A stretch of 37,417 nt of DNA from a virus (lineage: Duplodnaviria; Caudoviricetes). The notes under the pieces are model-generated. The model had not been told where the DNA came from. It made no database searches and was given only the letters and a program-made list of their open reading frames with translations. Location: IMG/VR virus record IMGVR_UViG_3300045534_000124, positions 1 to 37,417 of that record; one strand, written 5' to 3'. Of the stretch, positions 16,486-26,497 are shown piece by piece (the first letter of the stretch is position 1; each line of letters begins with the position of its first letter). Position numbers and translations under genes: made by a program.

Positions 16486-16715
16486 CAGAGGGTGATTGTG
16501 ATCTCCGAGAACGGGAGCGGATACGGTTTGGGTTCGGCGTCGAGGAGCTTGCGAAACTCGGCAATGAAACGCCCCTGCGCCTCCTCGAATGTGAGCGGGG
16601 CCAGCTCCACAATGGGCAGCGAAACGCTGCGTGTTTTGCCGTCAACCGTGCCCGTGATGGTCCGCAGCCCATAGGCGTCGATTGCAGTCAGGTTGGTGAT
16701 AATTAGGTTTGGCAT
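16485..16715 (-). CDS. Hypothetical protein
   Basis: MPNLIITNLTAIDAYG..., stop overlaps the next start. Confidence 0.7.
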   Translation of the reverse strand: MPNLIITNLTAIDAYGLRTITGTVDGKTRSVSLPIVELAPLTFEEAQGRFIAEFRKLLDAEPKPYPLPFSEITITL

Positions 16716-16726
16716 AGGGTTGGGAA

Positions 16727-17110
16727 TTAAATTGGAGGAAAAACAGCCGGGAACCACGTCGGGTCAAATGGCTCGACTGAATGGAACACAACGCCGTCGA
16801 GAAACGCAGCGCCCGGGCTAGGGAACACCCAACGTCCGTCGATCCGTTGTCGAGGTGTGGCCCAGGAGGTCGTGAAACCGTTCTCGGTGTCTTTTACCCG
16901 CGACGCTGCGTTGACGCCGAAGATCGGGAATCGGCGGTTTGCAACCTCGTATTGCGTCAGCTCCTCTTCGGTCAAGGCGTCCTGCGGAATGACCTGTCCG
17001 GTTGTCACGTCGAGCAAATCAGGCGACTCGATCACAGCGACCATTTTGGCGTATATTGTTTCTGCCGCCGTTTGCGCGGCGGACTCGGTAATGAAAACAA
17101 GGTAGTCCAT
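16727..17110 (-). CDS. Hypothetical protein
   Basis: 127 aa ORF directly after the lectin-like gene. Confidence 0.75.
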   Translation of the reverse strand: MDYLVFITESAAQTAAETIYAKMVAVIESPDLLDVTTGQVIPQDALTEEELTQYEVANRRFPIFGVNAASRVKDTENGFTTSWATPRQRIDGRWVFPSPGAAFLDGVVFHSVEPFDPTWFPAVFPPI

Positions 17111-17112
17111 GT

Positions 17113-17904
17113 CTATACGGTAGGAGGGGTGTTTTTAAATGGGTGGGCGACGGGCAGATTGGCTTCAAGGCCCCATTTCCAGGCCAGATAGCCCTCGGCT
17201 TTCTGTCGGTCGGTGATGGACAGCGTTGCGTTCACGGCGATCACCTCACCGATCGGGCCACGCCACGTTCGACCCGTGGTGACCTGATTGAACCCGATGC
17301 CCCACGTTTGGGTCACCGTGTTCGGACCCTGAAACCGCAACAGGGTTGCGGGCATCGGCAGGGCCGTAGTCGAGGTCGTCTCCGCCCCGTTGCGGTAAGG
17401 AAGCGCTGCCCAAGTGAGGGACTGGAACCAGTCGGCCGTGCCAGCCGAACCCATACCTGCCCGTTCGAAACCGGCTTGCTGTGGACCCGAGAGAAGTGTG
17501 GGATACTGCGTCGGCGGGAACAGGGCCGTCGAACCGTCCTCATAGGCACACACCAACAGCCACTCGCGGGCGGCAAGGCTGGGCGTCAGCATCCCGACCA
17601 AGTTGTAGCCCGTGGTCTCCGTTGCACTGACCGACGGCCTGCCGCCGAGCACCGCCGTAGAAGCGATGTACTCGGGCTGGTTCGCGGCGGTCGCCTGCGT
17701 CGCATGACGGTTGTTCCCGCTCTTGTCACTCCACTGACTGACGTTTGAGCCATTCAGCGTGATCGTGCTGGCGTCGTCCGCGTCGAGCCACAGCGCCAGA
17801 GACGAGCCCAGAGCGGCGGGCGTCCACGCGGACGGAGCTGGCGGCAAGACATCCGACAGCCGACGGTTCCGGATGGAGCTGAGGCGTGTGGCTCGGAGTT
17901 GCAT
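17113..17904 (-). CDS. Concanavalin A/LamG-like lectin-domain virion protein
   Basis: LALWLDADDAST..VSQWSDKSGN..G.IGEVI..EGYLAWKWGL. Confidence 0.78.
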   Translation of the reverse strand: MQLRATRLSSIRNRRLSDVLPPAPSAWTPAALGSSLALWLDADDASTITLNGSNVSQWSDKSGNNRHATQATAANQPEYIASTAVLGGRPSVSATETTGYNLVGMLTPSLAAREWLLVCAYEDGSTALFPPTQYPTLLSGPQQAGFERAGMGSAGTADWFQSLTWAALPYRNGAETTSTTALPMPATLLRFQGPNTVTQTWGIGFNQVTTGRTWRGPIGEVIAVNATLSITDRQKAEGYLAWKWGLEANLPVAHPFKNTPPTV

Positions 17905-18254
17905 TAGACGAGCTCGGAAATCCGCACCGACCCGGCAGTTGTTTCCTGCAAAACGGAAATGGTCGTGCTAGCGGGAACGCTGAAATCCAGGCGCTCGCCC
18001 GCCGCGATGTAGTGGCTCGACGTGGTTGCTGTTCCCGCCAGCGAATACCAAGTCCCCGTCGTGGCGAGCATCGACACGCGGCAACAAGTCGCGGTCAAAA
18101 CGATGTTCGCCGCAGTGCCGGAAGTGGCCTGAACGCGCGGAACACCCAGCGCAGCAAGCATTTCTAATCCGCCGTTTGTTGTCGTCAGGAGGTCTCTGGG
18201 TGTCGCGGTGCTGTCCCGGCCGGACATGACATTGTAGGAGCGTGGTGCGGGCAT
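17904..18254 (-). CDS. Hypothetical beta-rich virion protein
   Basis: Thr/Ser-rich ORF from ATG 18254, coupled to the next gene. Confidence 0.7.
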   Translation of the reverse strand: MPAPRSYNVMSGRDSTATPRDLLTTTNGGLEMLAALGVPRVQATSGTAANIVLTATCCRVSMLATTGTWYSLAGTATTSSHYIAAGERLDFSVPASTTISVLQETTAGSVRISELV

Positions 18255-18309
18255 GGCGCTTAATAGTTGTTGGGTGCTGCGTCTGTGGTTGGCAGGTTTA
18301 AAGGGTGGA

Positions 18310-20268
18310 TCATTCGCCAACCCCAAACATTGAGGCGGTCATGGAGACTGTTACAGCCGACGTGTTGGTGATAACGATGTTTCCGGATGACCAAGTGACG
18401 GTAAACGGCGTGGTATTTCCTGCGCTGCCCACGTTTGTGGCGAGCTGCGTGGCCGCAAATCCGTCTCCATTAAACCCAGCGACTTGATATGTAGTGCTGG
18501 TCCGGTTGTTAGCCGAGCTTTGAAACGAAACAACGGTCAACACCCATGTTCCGAATGCCATTGGAACGGTAAGCGTTCCGCCCGCAGCCAGCGCCAAATT
18601 TTGCCTTGATCGGATTTTTGCAAACCCGAGTGCTTGAGAGTTTGCGGTTAGATTGATTGCTCCGCTTGAGGTGAGATCCCCGTAATCGCTGAATGTTTGG
18701 CCACTGTTGTTACGGCAACCAATCAAAGAAACTTTTGCGACGTTTGTGATCGAAGCGGGTTCTGCGCTGTCAAAGTCGCAAAACTCAAACTTAAATAGCG
18801 GAGGCGACCCAGAACCAGCTTTGGGGGTGATGCTTGGACTAAGGATTGCCGATGAGACGGGCTGGAATTTGCAGCCGATGAACGACATCCCGTTCCAGTA
18901 GCCGCCAGCCACCACATAAGCAGCGCCGGTGTCGAAATAACAACCTGTCCAAACGACGCCCCGCGTAGCGTTGCCTAGTGCCGTTGAATTAATGGTGATC
19001 CCGGTTGCAGAGTTAGGGTAAACGTGGCACCCGTCAAAAGTAATGACGTTGAAGCCCGCCCCCGACAGTTCAACCCCTCCAAAAAATCCGCAGTTTTGAA
19101 ACCCTGCGTCTTGGCAGGCAATCTGAACAAGCCCGCTTGATACATAGAGATCGCTGGCGCCCAATTTCCCGCCGCTTCCGTTCATCAAAACAGCGTAGTT
19201 TCCAGGGGTCACTCCCCTCGACCATAACCCGCTAATTTTCGAATCGTGGCACTGGTCAAGGTTAAACGAGGTTACAGAGCACCCCTCGACAAAAATGTTC
19301 TGGAAGATATTAGGGTTGGATGGGGCGAGAATTGGATTTCCGCTCGATCCACCAACCCAAGCAAAATCAATGCCTTTTGTTGCAACACCGTCTCCGTTGA
19401 CGCCAAAATCCCGGTAAGAGACTCCCGCCGTGTTTCTGGCCGTGATGACGTATTGGTTCGAGCCGTAAGCCCCTGGACGAGCCTTGAACACTGACGAAAC
19501 GCGCCCGTCTCCAAACAAAGAGACCAGAGCGGGCCACTGGTTGTTTGCCGGGGTGGCGTTGCCCGTTCCGTTAAAATTCAAAGGGCCGACGGAGTAGACT
19601 CCCGCAGGGACGTAAAGCGCCTTGCCGGTGGAGATACAAAAGTCGATCGCCGCCTGAATTGCCGTTGTGTCGAGCGCCACACCGTCGCCAATCGCACCGA
19701 AATCTTTGACGTTCACAACGTCGGCGAAACGGTCGGAGAGAAACCGGGCCTGGGGGCTGCCGGTGGCCACCACCGGGCCGGTCGCCAGTGAGGGCAACGG
19801 CTGCCAAGAGGGCGGGTGATTGACAGTGGTCGAGAGAACGAATTGTTCCGACCCGGTGGGGCTCTGGAGCGGCGAAAGCGGCGTGGCTTCGGTGCCCCGG
19901 ATGCAATTGGTAATCCGGCGCTCCAACTGCTGCGTAATGGTCGTGAGTTTGTCCAGGGCCCGCTCGTGGCTCGCTGCGGGAAATGCGTCGTTTTCCTCGT
20001 AGCTCGTGGCCTGGGTGAACGGAACTTCGCGGTAGATGGTGAGCGTGCTGGTCGCTGGCACCGCCACGGCGGTGCGGACGGTGCCGCCGTTTTCGTTCCC
20101 TGCGCCGGTGTGGTTGGTGAGTGTGACAACCGTTTCAACGCCCGCCGCCGTTTTTGCGATGGCGTTGAGGTGGGCGTTTTCCTCGAAATAGAAAGGGACG
20201 GCGTAGGCCGTCACCAGTGAGTTGTTCCCAGCGTAAACGATGCGTGATGTGGATGAGGAAACGCTCAC
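18310..20268 (-). CDS. Tailspike/tail fibre: T7 gp17-like N-terminal anchor plus pectate-lyase-like beta-helix
   Basis: YAGN..AYAVPFYF..ERALDKLT anchor, then VNVKDFGAIGDGVALDTTAIQAAID. GTG start after GAGG. Confidence 0.88.
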   Translation of the reverse strand: MSVSSSTSRIVYAGNNSLVTAYAVPFYFEENAHLNAIAKTAAGVETVVTLTNHTGAGNENGGTVRTAVAVPATSTLTIYREVPFTQATSYEENDAFPAASHERALDKLTTITQQLERRITNCIRGTEATPLSPLQSPTGSEQFVLSTTVNHPPSWQPLPSLATGPVVATGSPQARFLSDRFADVVNVKDFGAIGDGVALDTTAIQAAIDFCISTGKALYVPAGVYSVGPLNFNGTGNATPANNQWPALVSLFGDGRVSSVFKARPGAYGSNQYVITARNTAGVSYRDFGVNGDGVATKGIDFAWVGGSSGNPILAPSNPNIFQNIFVEGCSVTSFNLDQCHDSKISGLWSRGVTPGNYAVLMNGSGGKLGASDLYVSSGLVQIACQDAGFQNCGFFGGVELSGAGFNVITFDGCHVYPNSATGITINSTALGNATRGVVWTGCYFDTGAAYVVAGGYWNGMSFIGCKFQPVSSAILSPSITPKAGSGSPPLFKFEFCDFDSAEPASITNVAKVSLIGCRNNSGQTFSDYGDLTSSGAINLTANSQALGFAKIRSRQNLALAAGGTLTVPMAFGTWVLTVVSFQSSANNRTSTTYQVAGFNGDGFAATQLATNVGSAGNTTPFTVTWSSGNIVITNTSAVTVSMTASMFGVGE

Positions 20269-20305
20269 GCTTCCTCGTTCTGTCACCGCGAAGTGAAATG
20301 TCTTT

Positions 20306-23300
20306 CTATTTTTTGTCCGAATTTTCGCCGCTTACATTCTCAAGCAATTTGGCCGCGTCGGTGGCTGTGTTGGTGAGCGCCGCGAGGGCCGCCGCGTTGT
20401 CGGAAACGAGCCCCATGGCGGAGAGGATGGTGTTCACCGCTTGAAGCGTCTGTGCCGGGGTTTGGTCATCGGTCGCAAGGCTTTCAAGCGCTCGCAGTGC
20501 GCGCCCGCCCTTGGCAAACAGCGTGCCGCCGTCGCCGGTGACAAGGCTGAATCCGGGGATGCCGTTGAGCGGCCCCGTCACTGCGGCGAGCGTCAACCGT
20601 TTGGCGCTCCATTTCTCTTCGTCGTCGTCGCCTTTCATCTCGCGCCAAAGATTTTTGAGGATCTGCGTGAAGAGACCGCCCACGATGAACGTGAGCGCTC
20701 CGGTCTTGGCCGCGCGCGCAACGTCGCCGCTTCCCAGCGCCCACGCGGTGAGCGCGATCTTTTGCCGTGCCTCGCTCGCGAACGACCACCCGAGCCGGGT
20801 CATGGGATGCGTGGCGGTGAGCTCCGCCAAGGAGCGGTTTGCGCCCCGGGTGGGTTGCGCGACGGCCTCGGTATCGCGAGCGGCTTCGGCGTGTGCGAAC
20901 GCGTCGGCCTCGGCGCCGGTCAATCCCAAGTCGGCGGCTGTCCCCCGGTGGTAGTCGAGCAAGATCGCGTAAGTGCCCGCGGTGAACAGGGCGTCGGCCC
21001 CGCTGATGAGTCGGCCTGCCTGACGGGCGGCGTATTTGATGGCGTTGGGGCTGCCCGCTGCGCCCAGTGATTGCATGGCCTGCTGGACGATGGCGGGAGC
21101 TTGGGTCACGCGCCGCTTGATGAACTCGCTTTGCATCGCGTCGCCCCAGCCCAGATTCCCCGAGAGCAGTTTGGAAAGCCGGAGCACGTAAGATCCCACG
21201 GGCATCTTGACTGCTGCGGCGGCAAGCTGGGTTGACTGGACCATGAGAGTGGACACGCGGCCAAAAAGCGCCATCTGCGATGCGCGCCCCAGCGTGCGGC
21301 CCATGGCTTTGCCCACCTCCAGCCCGGCGGCGGCGTCGCGCACTCCGCCCTGGGCGAAGTAATCCAGCCAGCTACGGAGCACAGCGGCCCCTTCCGGCCC
21401 CGCCTTGGCTTTGACGGCGTTGGCAACATCGCGGTGGGCGAGCGTGGACTGCATCTCCAGCGCCACATCGTAATAAGCGGCCCAATGGGCCATCATCTTT
21501 TTGTGGGCGAGGAACACCCCCAAGGCGTCCTTAAAATCAGGCTCCGCCACGGCTGTGAGGGACCGCGTGCGCAGTGAGCCCGGGGTGAGGATCGAGCCGG
21601 TGACCATGTTGCCGGAGATGGGGTCCACCACTTCGCCGCCCTTGGTCTGCTGGGGCGTGAGAGAGAGCGGCGAATAGTTCTCGTGTTTGGGCAACGGCAA
21701 CCCGTGGCGCTGCTGGTAGAGCGCGCTCAGGGGCGCGTGTTCGGCATCGTATTGCGCGCGCAACCAGCCCAACACCTTGAGCGCCTCGGGGGAAAGCGCC
21801 TGGGTGAGATCGTCCACAAAGGCCTGATCGTAATTCCACGGGCCAGCCGGTCGTCCGTTTTCGTCGAGCGGCCCGGTCATGTGGCGGCGTCCGTCCTCCT
21901 GACTCCACATGAGCACGGCGGTGAGGGCCTCGAGCTCCGAGAATTTCCCGGCTTTGGTGTCGATGGACTTTTGCGCGAGCCTGTAACGGAGCTGCTCGCC
22001 TTTGAGCTCGCCCCCGGCCAGCTGGGTGAACAGGTCGTTGATCTCGCGGCTGATGTTCTCGATGGTGTCCTCGCGTTGGTTGGATGCGGCGCGTTCCCGC
22101 TGCAAAAACTCGTTGGCGGTCGTAGATTTCTCGCCAAACACGTAGTTCAAGACCTCGGTGAATGAGGACAGGTTGAGGAGCATCGAGCGGCTTTTGCCCA
22201 CGATAGACGCCGCTGCGGCTTCGGCGGCCACGCGTTCGGCGCGGACCCCGGTTTTCCCGGTCTCCTGCACCAGCGCCGCCCGGGCGATCTTGCGGTTTTC
22301 CTGAATCTGGAGTTGCTGGAATTTCCAACGGGCCCAGCCTTCGCTCCCCACAAGTTTTACGGCGGCAATCGCGGAGACGAGCCGGGCGGAGTCGGCGTTT
22401 TTGATGTCACCCAAGAGCGGCAACATGTCGCGGATGCGGCCGTATTTGATGGCGTCCTCGGGGGTGGTGTCGGGATTGGTGGCGAGGTTGTCGAATTCGG
22501 CGACTTTGGCGGCGATTTGCGCGGCGTCCAGAGTCATCGCGGCCTCGGCGGTGTCGAGGATCTGCTGGGCTTCGGCGCCCACTTTGCCCTTGGGTTTTTT
22601 GCCCGCCTCGCGTTTGGGCCGGTAAGACTCCAACACGCGATCCAGCTGGCCCCGGTATTCTTTGCGGAGGGTCTTCTCAAGCTCGCGCTCTAGGCGTTCG
22701 AGGCGTTCTTTGAAGAACCCGGCCCGGCCCCGGTCGGTCTTGATCTCGGCGAGCTGGACGAACCCGCCCACTTTGCCCCGGACTTCGGCGGGGAACGCGG
22801 AGAGGATGGCGTTGTATTCGGCCAGCGACTGAATGAGCCGGGTGCGTGTCTGGGTTTGGCCGGTGGTTTGGGCCAGCGCTGCGGCCAAGGCGCGATCGGC
22901 GGCGGCCCGTTTGGATGCGAACCCGAGCCGGACGCCGTTCTTGGCCTGTGTGGTGGTGGCGGCCTGCGTGGCGGCGGCTTCCTCGGCGTCGAGCTGCGCC
23001 AGGGTGGTGGCGTGGGTGTCCTTCGCGGCTTGGATCTGCTCGGCGTTGGGCCGGGTGTCCTTGGGGGCGGCTTCGGCCTCGGTGCGGATCTGGGCGACCA
23101 GGGCGGAGAGCTTGCGCTTGGCGTTCTCGTAGATGGTGATGCGCGCCGTGGGGTTGCGCTTGAGGGCGTCCATCTGCGCGGCGAGTTGCTCGGCGTAGGC
23201 GGCGGGGCGGAGGGAATACCGGATGTCTGGTGATTCAGTGTTGAACCGCTGCGAAAGCGGGATCACGTTGCCGGACTCGTCGCGAACGACTGGATCGGCG

Positions 23301-26300
23301 AGTTTTATTTGTTCGGGATTCTTAACGACCGCTATTCCCGGCGTGAGAACGTAATCCGCATCACTTTGCTTAAACGCCTCGCCGCCTCTTGAAAGCAATT
23401 GTTCGCCCTCAAGCCGCTTGCTGAGCTTTAGGGCCACTTTTAACACTCGCCCTTTTCTCGCAAACCTTTCGGCGGTTGACTCTTCGCGTGCAAACCAAAA
23501 GCCTCTAGGGCCAAACCGATTATCTGGCATATTTGCCCCTGCTTTAAGGGGGTCAAAAATAGTGAATTGCTTGTCGGTTGTGCCGTGATACCAGGGCCCC
23601 ACATCATACCCCGCCGCCTTCGCCGCCTCGTCCACCATGCGCTGCGCGGTCTCCATGTCCCCCGCCTCCACCGCTCTTAGATAATCCTGATCCTGCTCAG
23701 TCGATTGGCGGAGAGAAAAGGAGGGGCTAGCCGATGCTTCGGCGGCCTGGCCTGCCATCTCCTGAGCGGCCCGCGCCGTAGCCCGGTTTTGCTCAACGAC
23801 CGAATCCACGCCCACGGCCCGGGCAAGGAACGCCTCCCAATCGGCGTCTAGCTTCCCGTCCCGCTTGAGCTTGAGCATTGCGGCCGCCCGCTGGAATGCC
23901 GCCTTGAAGAAAACCCCCATCCGCCCGAAGAACCCCTTCACGCTCGCGGGCAAGGTGTCGATCTTGCGGAGGTTGCCCATGAAGTAGTCAACGCCCATGT
24001 CCGCGACGATCTCATGGAGTTGCGTCGGGCTCATCTGGGCCGGGGCTTTGTCCCCGAGATACACGCGGGCGGCCGCTTCTGCGGCTTCCATGCTGATGGC
24101 CCCCGAGGCCAGCTCGCGCTTGAATTGGTCGTGGGTGCGCTCATGCACCACGTCCGCCGGTGTGGACCCCTGGTAGAGTTTTGAAACAGACTCATAAAGC
24201 CCGTCCCGGATTTCGCCTGTGTTGGATCCGTACACCCGGACATCCGCCGGGGATGTCCCGGCAACGTAGCCCGCAAGCTGCATCTGTTCGGCGACACTCT
24301 CGGGGCTGGCCTGGGATTCCATGTCCAAGGTCTGCTTGTTGGGCAGCACCTCCCATTTGCCCGAGCTGTCTTTGGCGGCATACCACGCCACCAGATCGCG
24401 CACGGCTTGCGCGCTCCCATCGTTCTCCCAATTCATGCGGTCGCGATGGGCCAGCTCTGCGGCTTCCTCGCTGGTGAATCTCGCGCTGACGGTGCCGTCG
24501 GGCTCGATCATGTGGATCTCGTTCCCCACCGGCTCCAAATGCGGGGCCTGCGGGTTGTTGGCAATGGCCTGTTCGGTCGCCACGCGCGCGTCTGCCGCCT
24601 TTTTCCCGGCGGCTTTGCTCTCCTCGGTGCGATCCCTCCACGCCTGACGGAATGCGGTTTCCTTCTCGGCCAAGTTGGAAATGGCGGCGATGCGTTCGGC
24701 GTCCTCCAAGATAATGCCCGCCTCCATCATGGCTTGTGGGCTGGTGAGCGCGCGCGCCACGGCCCGGCTTTCTCTGAGGCTGGAAACCCCGACGCCAAGA
24801 AGCGCCAGGGGTAACACGGCAAAGAACGTCTCCGCACGGGAACCGGTCCAGTCGCCCAGCTCTTTTTGCCAGTCCACCCCGGGAACGTCTTTGGAGAGCG
24901 CCGAGGCGGTTTCCTGCACCACCGCCGGGGTGATGTCCTGGAGCCCCTCTTGCAGGTTCTGCTCCACAACATTGGCCGCCCCTTTGATGAGGAACGAACG
25001 CCAGAAAGAGGAGGTCGGATCGGTGAGCCGGTCCACGATGCCTTTTGTCCACGGCAGTTTCCCGAGGGTGGATTGGACCTGAGCGCGCTCAAGCACGGCT
25101 TGGATGCCGCCGACAACCACGGCCATCTTATAGCTGTCCTCGCCCCGGATGTCCGGATGATCGAGTGTGAACCGTTCAAACGCCTGGTTGATGAAACTGT
25201 TGCCGACCCATACCGGCCCGGCGCCGGGGATCGCGGCGGCAACCATCCCGGGCAGCGACCCGGCAAGACCGAACGCCCCGCTTTGGAGCACATCGGGCAT
25301 GTAAGTCATCACCGGCTTGATCGGGTCAAATTCGTTCTTGGCGACACGATCCATCTCCATTGAAAGACGAATCAGCGAGTCTGCCTTCTTGGCGTTGGCC
25401 AAGCGCTGGGCCCGCTCTTCTGGGGTGGCCGAACGCCACGGGGTGCCGGTGTAACTTCCGTCCGCCGACTCGATTTCACCGGGCGCGATCTTGGGCCCCA
25501 ATGGGCGATCCGGATTCACCATGAAATCTCCCCCGCTCTCCAGTTCCCGGATTTCCTTTTGCGCGTCCAAGAGCGTGAACATGCGGCTGGTGTTGGTCAC
25601 CCGCAGCGGGTCGAGCCCGCGCATTGCGGCAACCCCCATGTTCTTGAAAAACGCGCCGATTTGCCGAACCGCGCCCTGCGGGTCTTCCGGCTGGTTGTGC
25701 GCGGCGTAGGCACTGAGCATCTCCAGCACGGCTTTGCGTCGCTCCGGCGGGGCTTCCATGAGCCGGGTGGCGGCTTCAAACGGGAGATCCGCCCCCGCGT
25801 TGATCGCTTTCGTGCTGCGCTCCAGAGTGGATTTTGCCGCGGCGAAAAGGTCGCGGTTCTCCCGGGCGACTTCGTAGGCCTTCTGGTAGGTGTCCCGATA
25901 CTGGGCGAAATCGGCGTCCTCCTGCGCGGCGTCGTAACCCTTGGCGGTCTTCGCTTTCTCTTTCCAGAGCGTGTGCGCCGAGTCGTAGACGGGGGCCCCG
26001 GCGTCGATCGCTTGGAGAAATGCGGCGCTGGTGGCGTCCCCTTTGCGGGTGGCCTCGTAGGCTGCCCGGTTGTCGCGGGCCTGGAACTTCTTTTGAATCT
26101 CGGCATAAAACCCGAGGTCATCCTTTGGCCCGTTGAAATTTTCGTTGGCGAACTGGTCGCGCAACGTCTCGTAAACCGGCGCCACCCGCTCCAGAGGCTG
26201 CTCCGTGGCGTGCGCGAGATAGGCCATGTTTGCGGACTGCGCCCGGGCCTTGTTGGCGTCGGTCACAAACGGCCCGAGCTGGGCCTGCATGTCCTTTGAC

Positions 26301-26494
26301 CAGCGGCCCCCGAGGGTTTCCACGTCGGAGAAGAGCGGGCGCAACTGGGCCTCGCGCGCGCTGCGTTCGGTGTCGAGCCGCTTCTGGGTGGCGTCGTGCC
26401 ACTCCTGAATCTGCGGCCGGATCTGGTCTTGCATGGCCGGATCCGCATGGGGAAACGCCTCGATGAGTGTGGAAGCTTGCTGGTCGTCGATCAT
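20306..26494 (-). CDS. Large internal virion/ejection protein (gp16 position), polyvalent, with zincin-like and ART-like domains
   Basis: 2062 aa Ala-rich helical protein. HERTH..HEIVAD and WYHGT..F..FD..GFWF motifs. Syntenic position before the tail fibre. Confidence 0.82.
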   Translation of the reverse strand: MIDDQQASTLIEAFPHADPAMQDQIRPQIQEWHDATQKRLDTERSAREAQLRPLFSDVETLGGRWSKDMQAQLGPFVTDANKARAQSANMAYLAHATEQPLERVAPVYETLRDQFANENFNGPKDDLGFYAEIQKKFQARDNRAAYEATRKGDATSAAFLQAIDAGAPVYDSAHTLWKEKAKTAKGYDAAQEDADFAQYRDTYQKAYEVARENRDLFAAAKSTLERSTKAINAGADLPFEAATRLMEAPPERRKAVLEMLSAYAAHNQPEDPQGAVRQIGAFFKNMGVAAMRGLDPLRVTNTSRMFTLLDAQKEIRELESGGDFMVNPDRPLGPKIAPGEIESADGSYTGTPWRSATPEERAQRLANAKKADSLIRLSMEMDRVAKNEFDPIKPVMTYMPDVLQSGAFGLAGSLPGMVAAAIPGAGPVWVGNSFINQAFERFTLDHPDIRGEDSYKMAVVVGGIQAVLERAQVQSTLGKLPWTKGIVDRLTDPTSSFWRSFLIKGAANVVEQNLQEGLQDITPAVVQETASALSKDVPGVDWQKELGDWTGSRAETFFAVLPLALLGVGVSSLRESRAVARALTSPQAMMEAGIILEDAERIAAISNLAEKETAFRQAWRDRTEESKAAGKKAADARVATEQAIANNPQAPHLEPVGNEIHMIEPDGTVSARFTSEEAAELAHRDRMNWENDGSAQAVRDLVAWYAAKDSSGKWEVLPNKQTLDMESQASPESVAEQMQLAGYVAGTSPADVRVYGSNTGEIRDGLYESVSKLYQGSTPADVVHERTHDQFKRELASGAISMEAAEAAARVYLGDKAPAQMSPTQLHEIVADMGVDYFMGNLRKIDTLPASVKGFFGRMGVFFKAAFQRAAAMLKLKRDGKLDADWEAFLARAVGVDSVVEQNRATARAAQEMAGQAAEASASPSFSLRQSTEQDQDYLRAVEAGDMETAQRMVDEAAKAAGYDVGPWYHGTTDKQFTIFDPLKAGANMPDNRFGPRGFWFAREESTAERFARKGRVLKVALKLSKRLEGEQLLSRGGEAFKQSDADYVLTPGIAVVKNPEQIKLADPVVRDESGNVIPLSQRFNTESPDIRYSLRPAAYAEQLAAQMDALKRNPTARITIYENAKRKLSALVAQIRTEAEAAPKDTRPNAEQIQAAKDTHATTLAQLDAEEAAATQAATTTQAKNGVRLGFASKRAAADRALAAALAQTTGQTQTRTRLIQSLAEYNAILSAFPAEVRGKVGGFVQLAEIKTDRGRAGFFKERLERLERELEKTLRKEYRGQLDRVLESYRPKREAGKKPKGKVGAEAQQILDTAEAAMTLDAAQIAAKVAEFDNLATNPDTTPEDAIKYGRIRDMLPLLGDIKNADSARLVSAIAAVKLVGSEGWARWKFQQLQIQENRKIARAALVQETGKTGVRAERVAAEAAAASIVGKSRSMLLNLSSFTEVLNYVFGEKSTTANEFLQRERAASNQREDTIENISREINDLFTQLAGGELKGEQLRYRLAQKSIDTKAGKFSELEALTAVLMWSQEDGRRHMTGPLDENGRPAGPWNYDQAFVDDLTQALSPEALKVLGWLRAQYDAEHAPLSALYQQRHGLPLPKHENYSPLSLTPQQTKGGEVVDPISGNMVTGSILTPGSLRTRSLTAVAEPDFKDALGVFLAHKKMMAHWAAYYDVALEMQSTLAHRDVANAVKAKAGPEGAAVLRSWLDYFAQGGVRDAAAGLEVGKAMGRTLGRASQMALFGRVSTLMVQSTQLAAAAVKMPVGSYVLRLSKLLSGNLGWGDAMQSEFIKRRVTQAPAIVQQAMQSLGAAGSPNAIKYAARQAGRLISGADALFTAGTYAILLDYHRGTAADLGLTGAEADAFAHAEAARDTEAVAQPTRGANRSLAELTATHPMTRLGWSFASEARQKIALTAWALGSGDVARAAKTGALTFIVGGLFTQILKNLWREMKGDDDEEKWSAKRLTLAAVTGPLNGIPGFSLVTGDGGTLFAKGGRALRALESLATDDQTPAQTLQAVNTILSAMGLVSDNAAALAALTNTATDAAKLLENVSGENSDKK

Positions 26495-26497
26495 GGG

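Noticed and set aside
17113-20268. Diversity-generating retroelement as in BPP-1
   Set aside because: No reverse transcriptase and no TR/VR repeat pair noticed.
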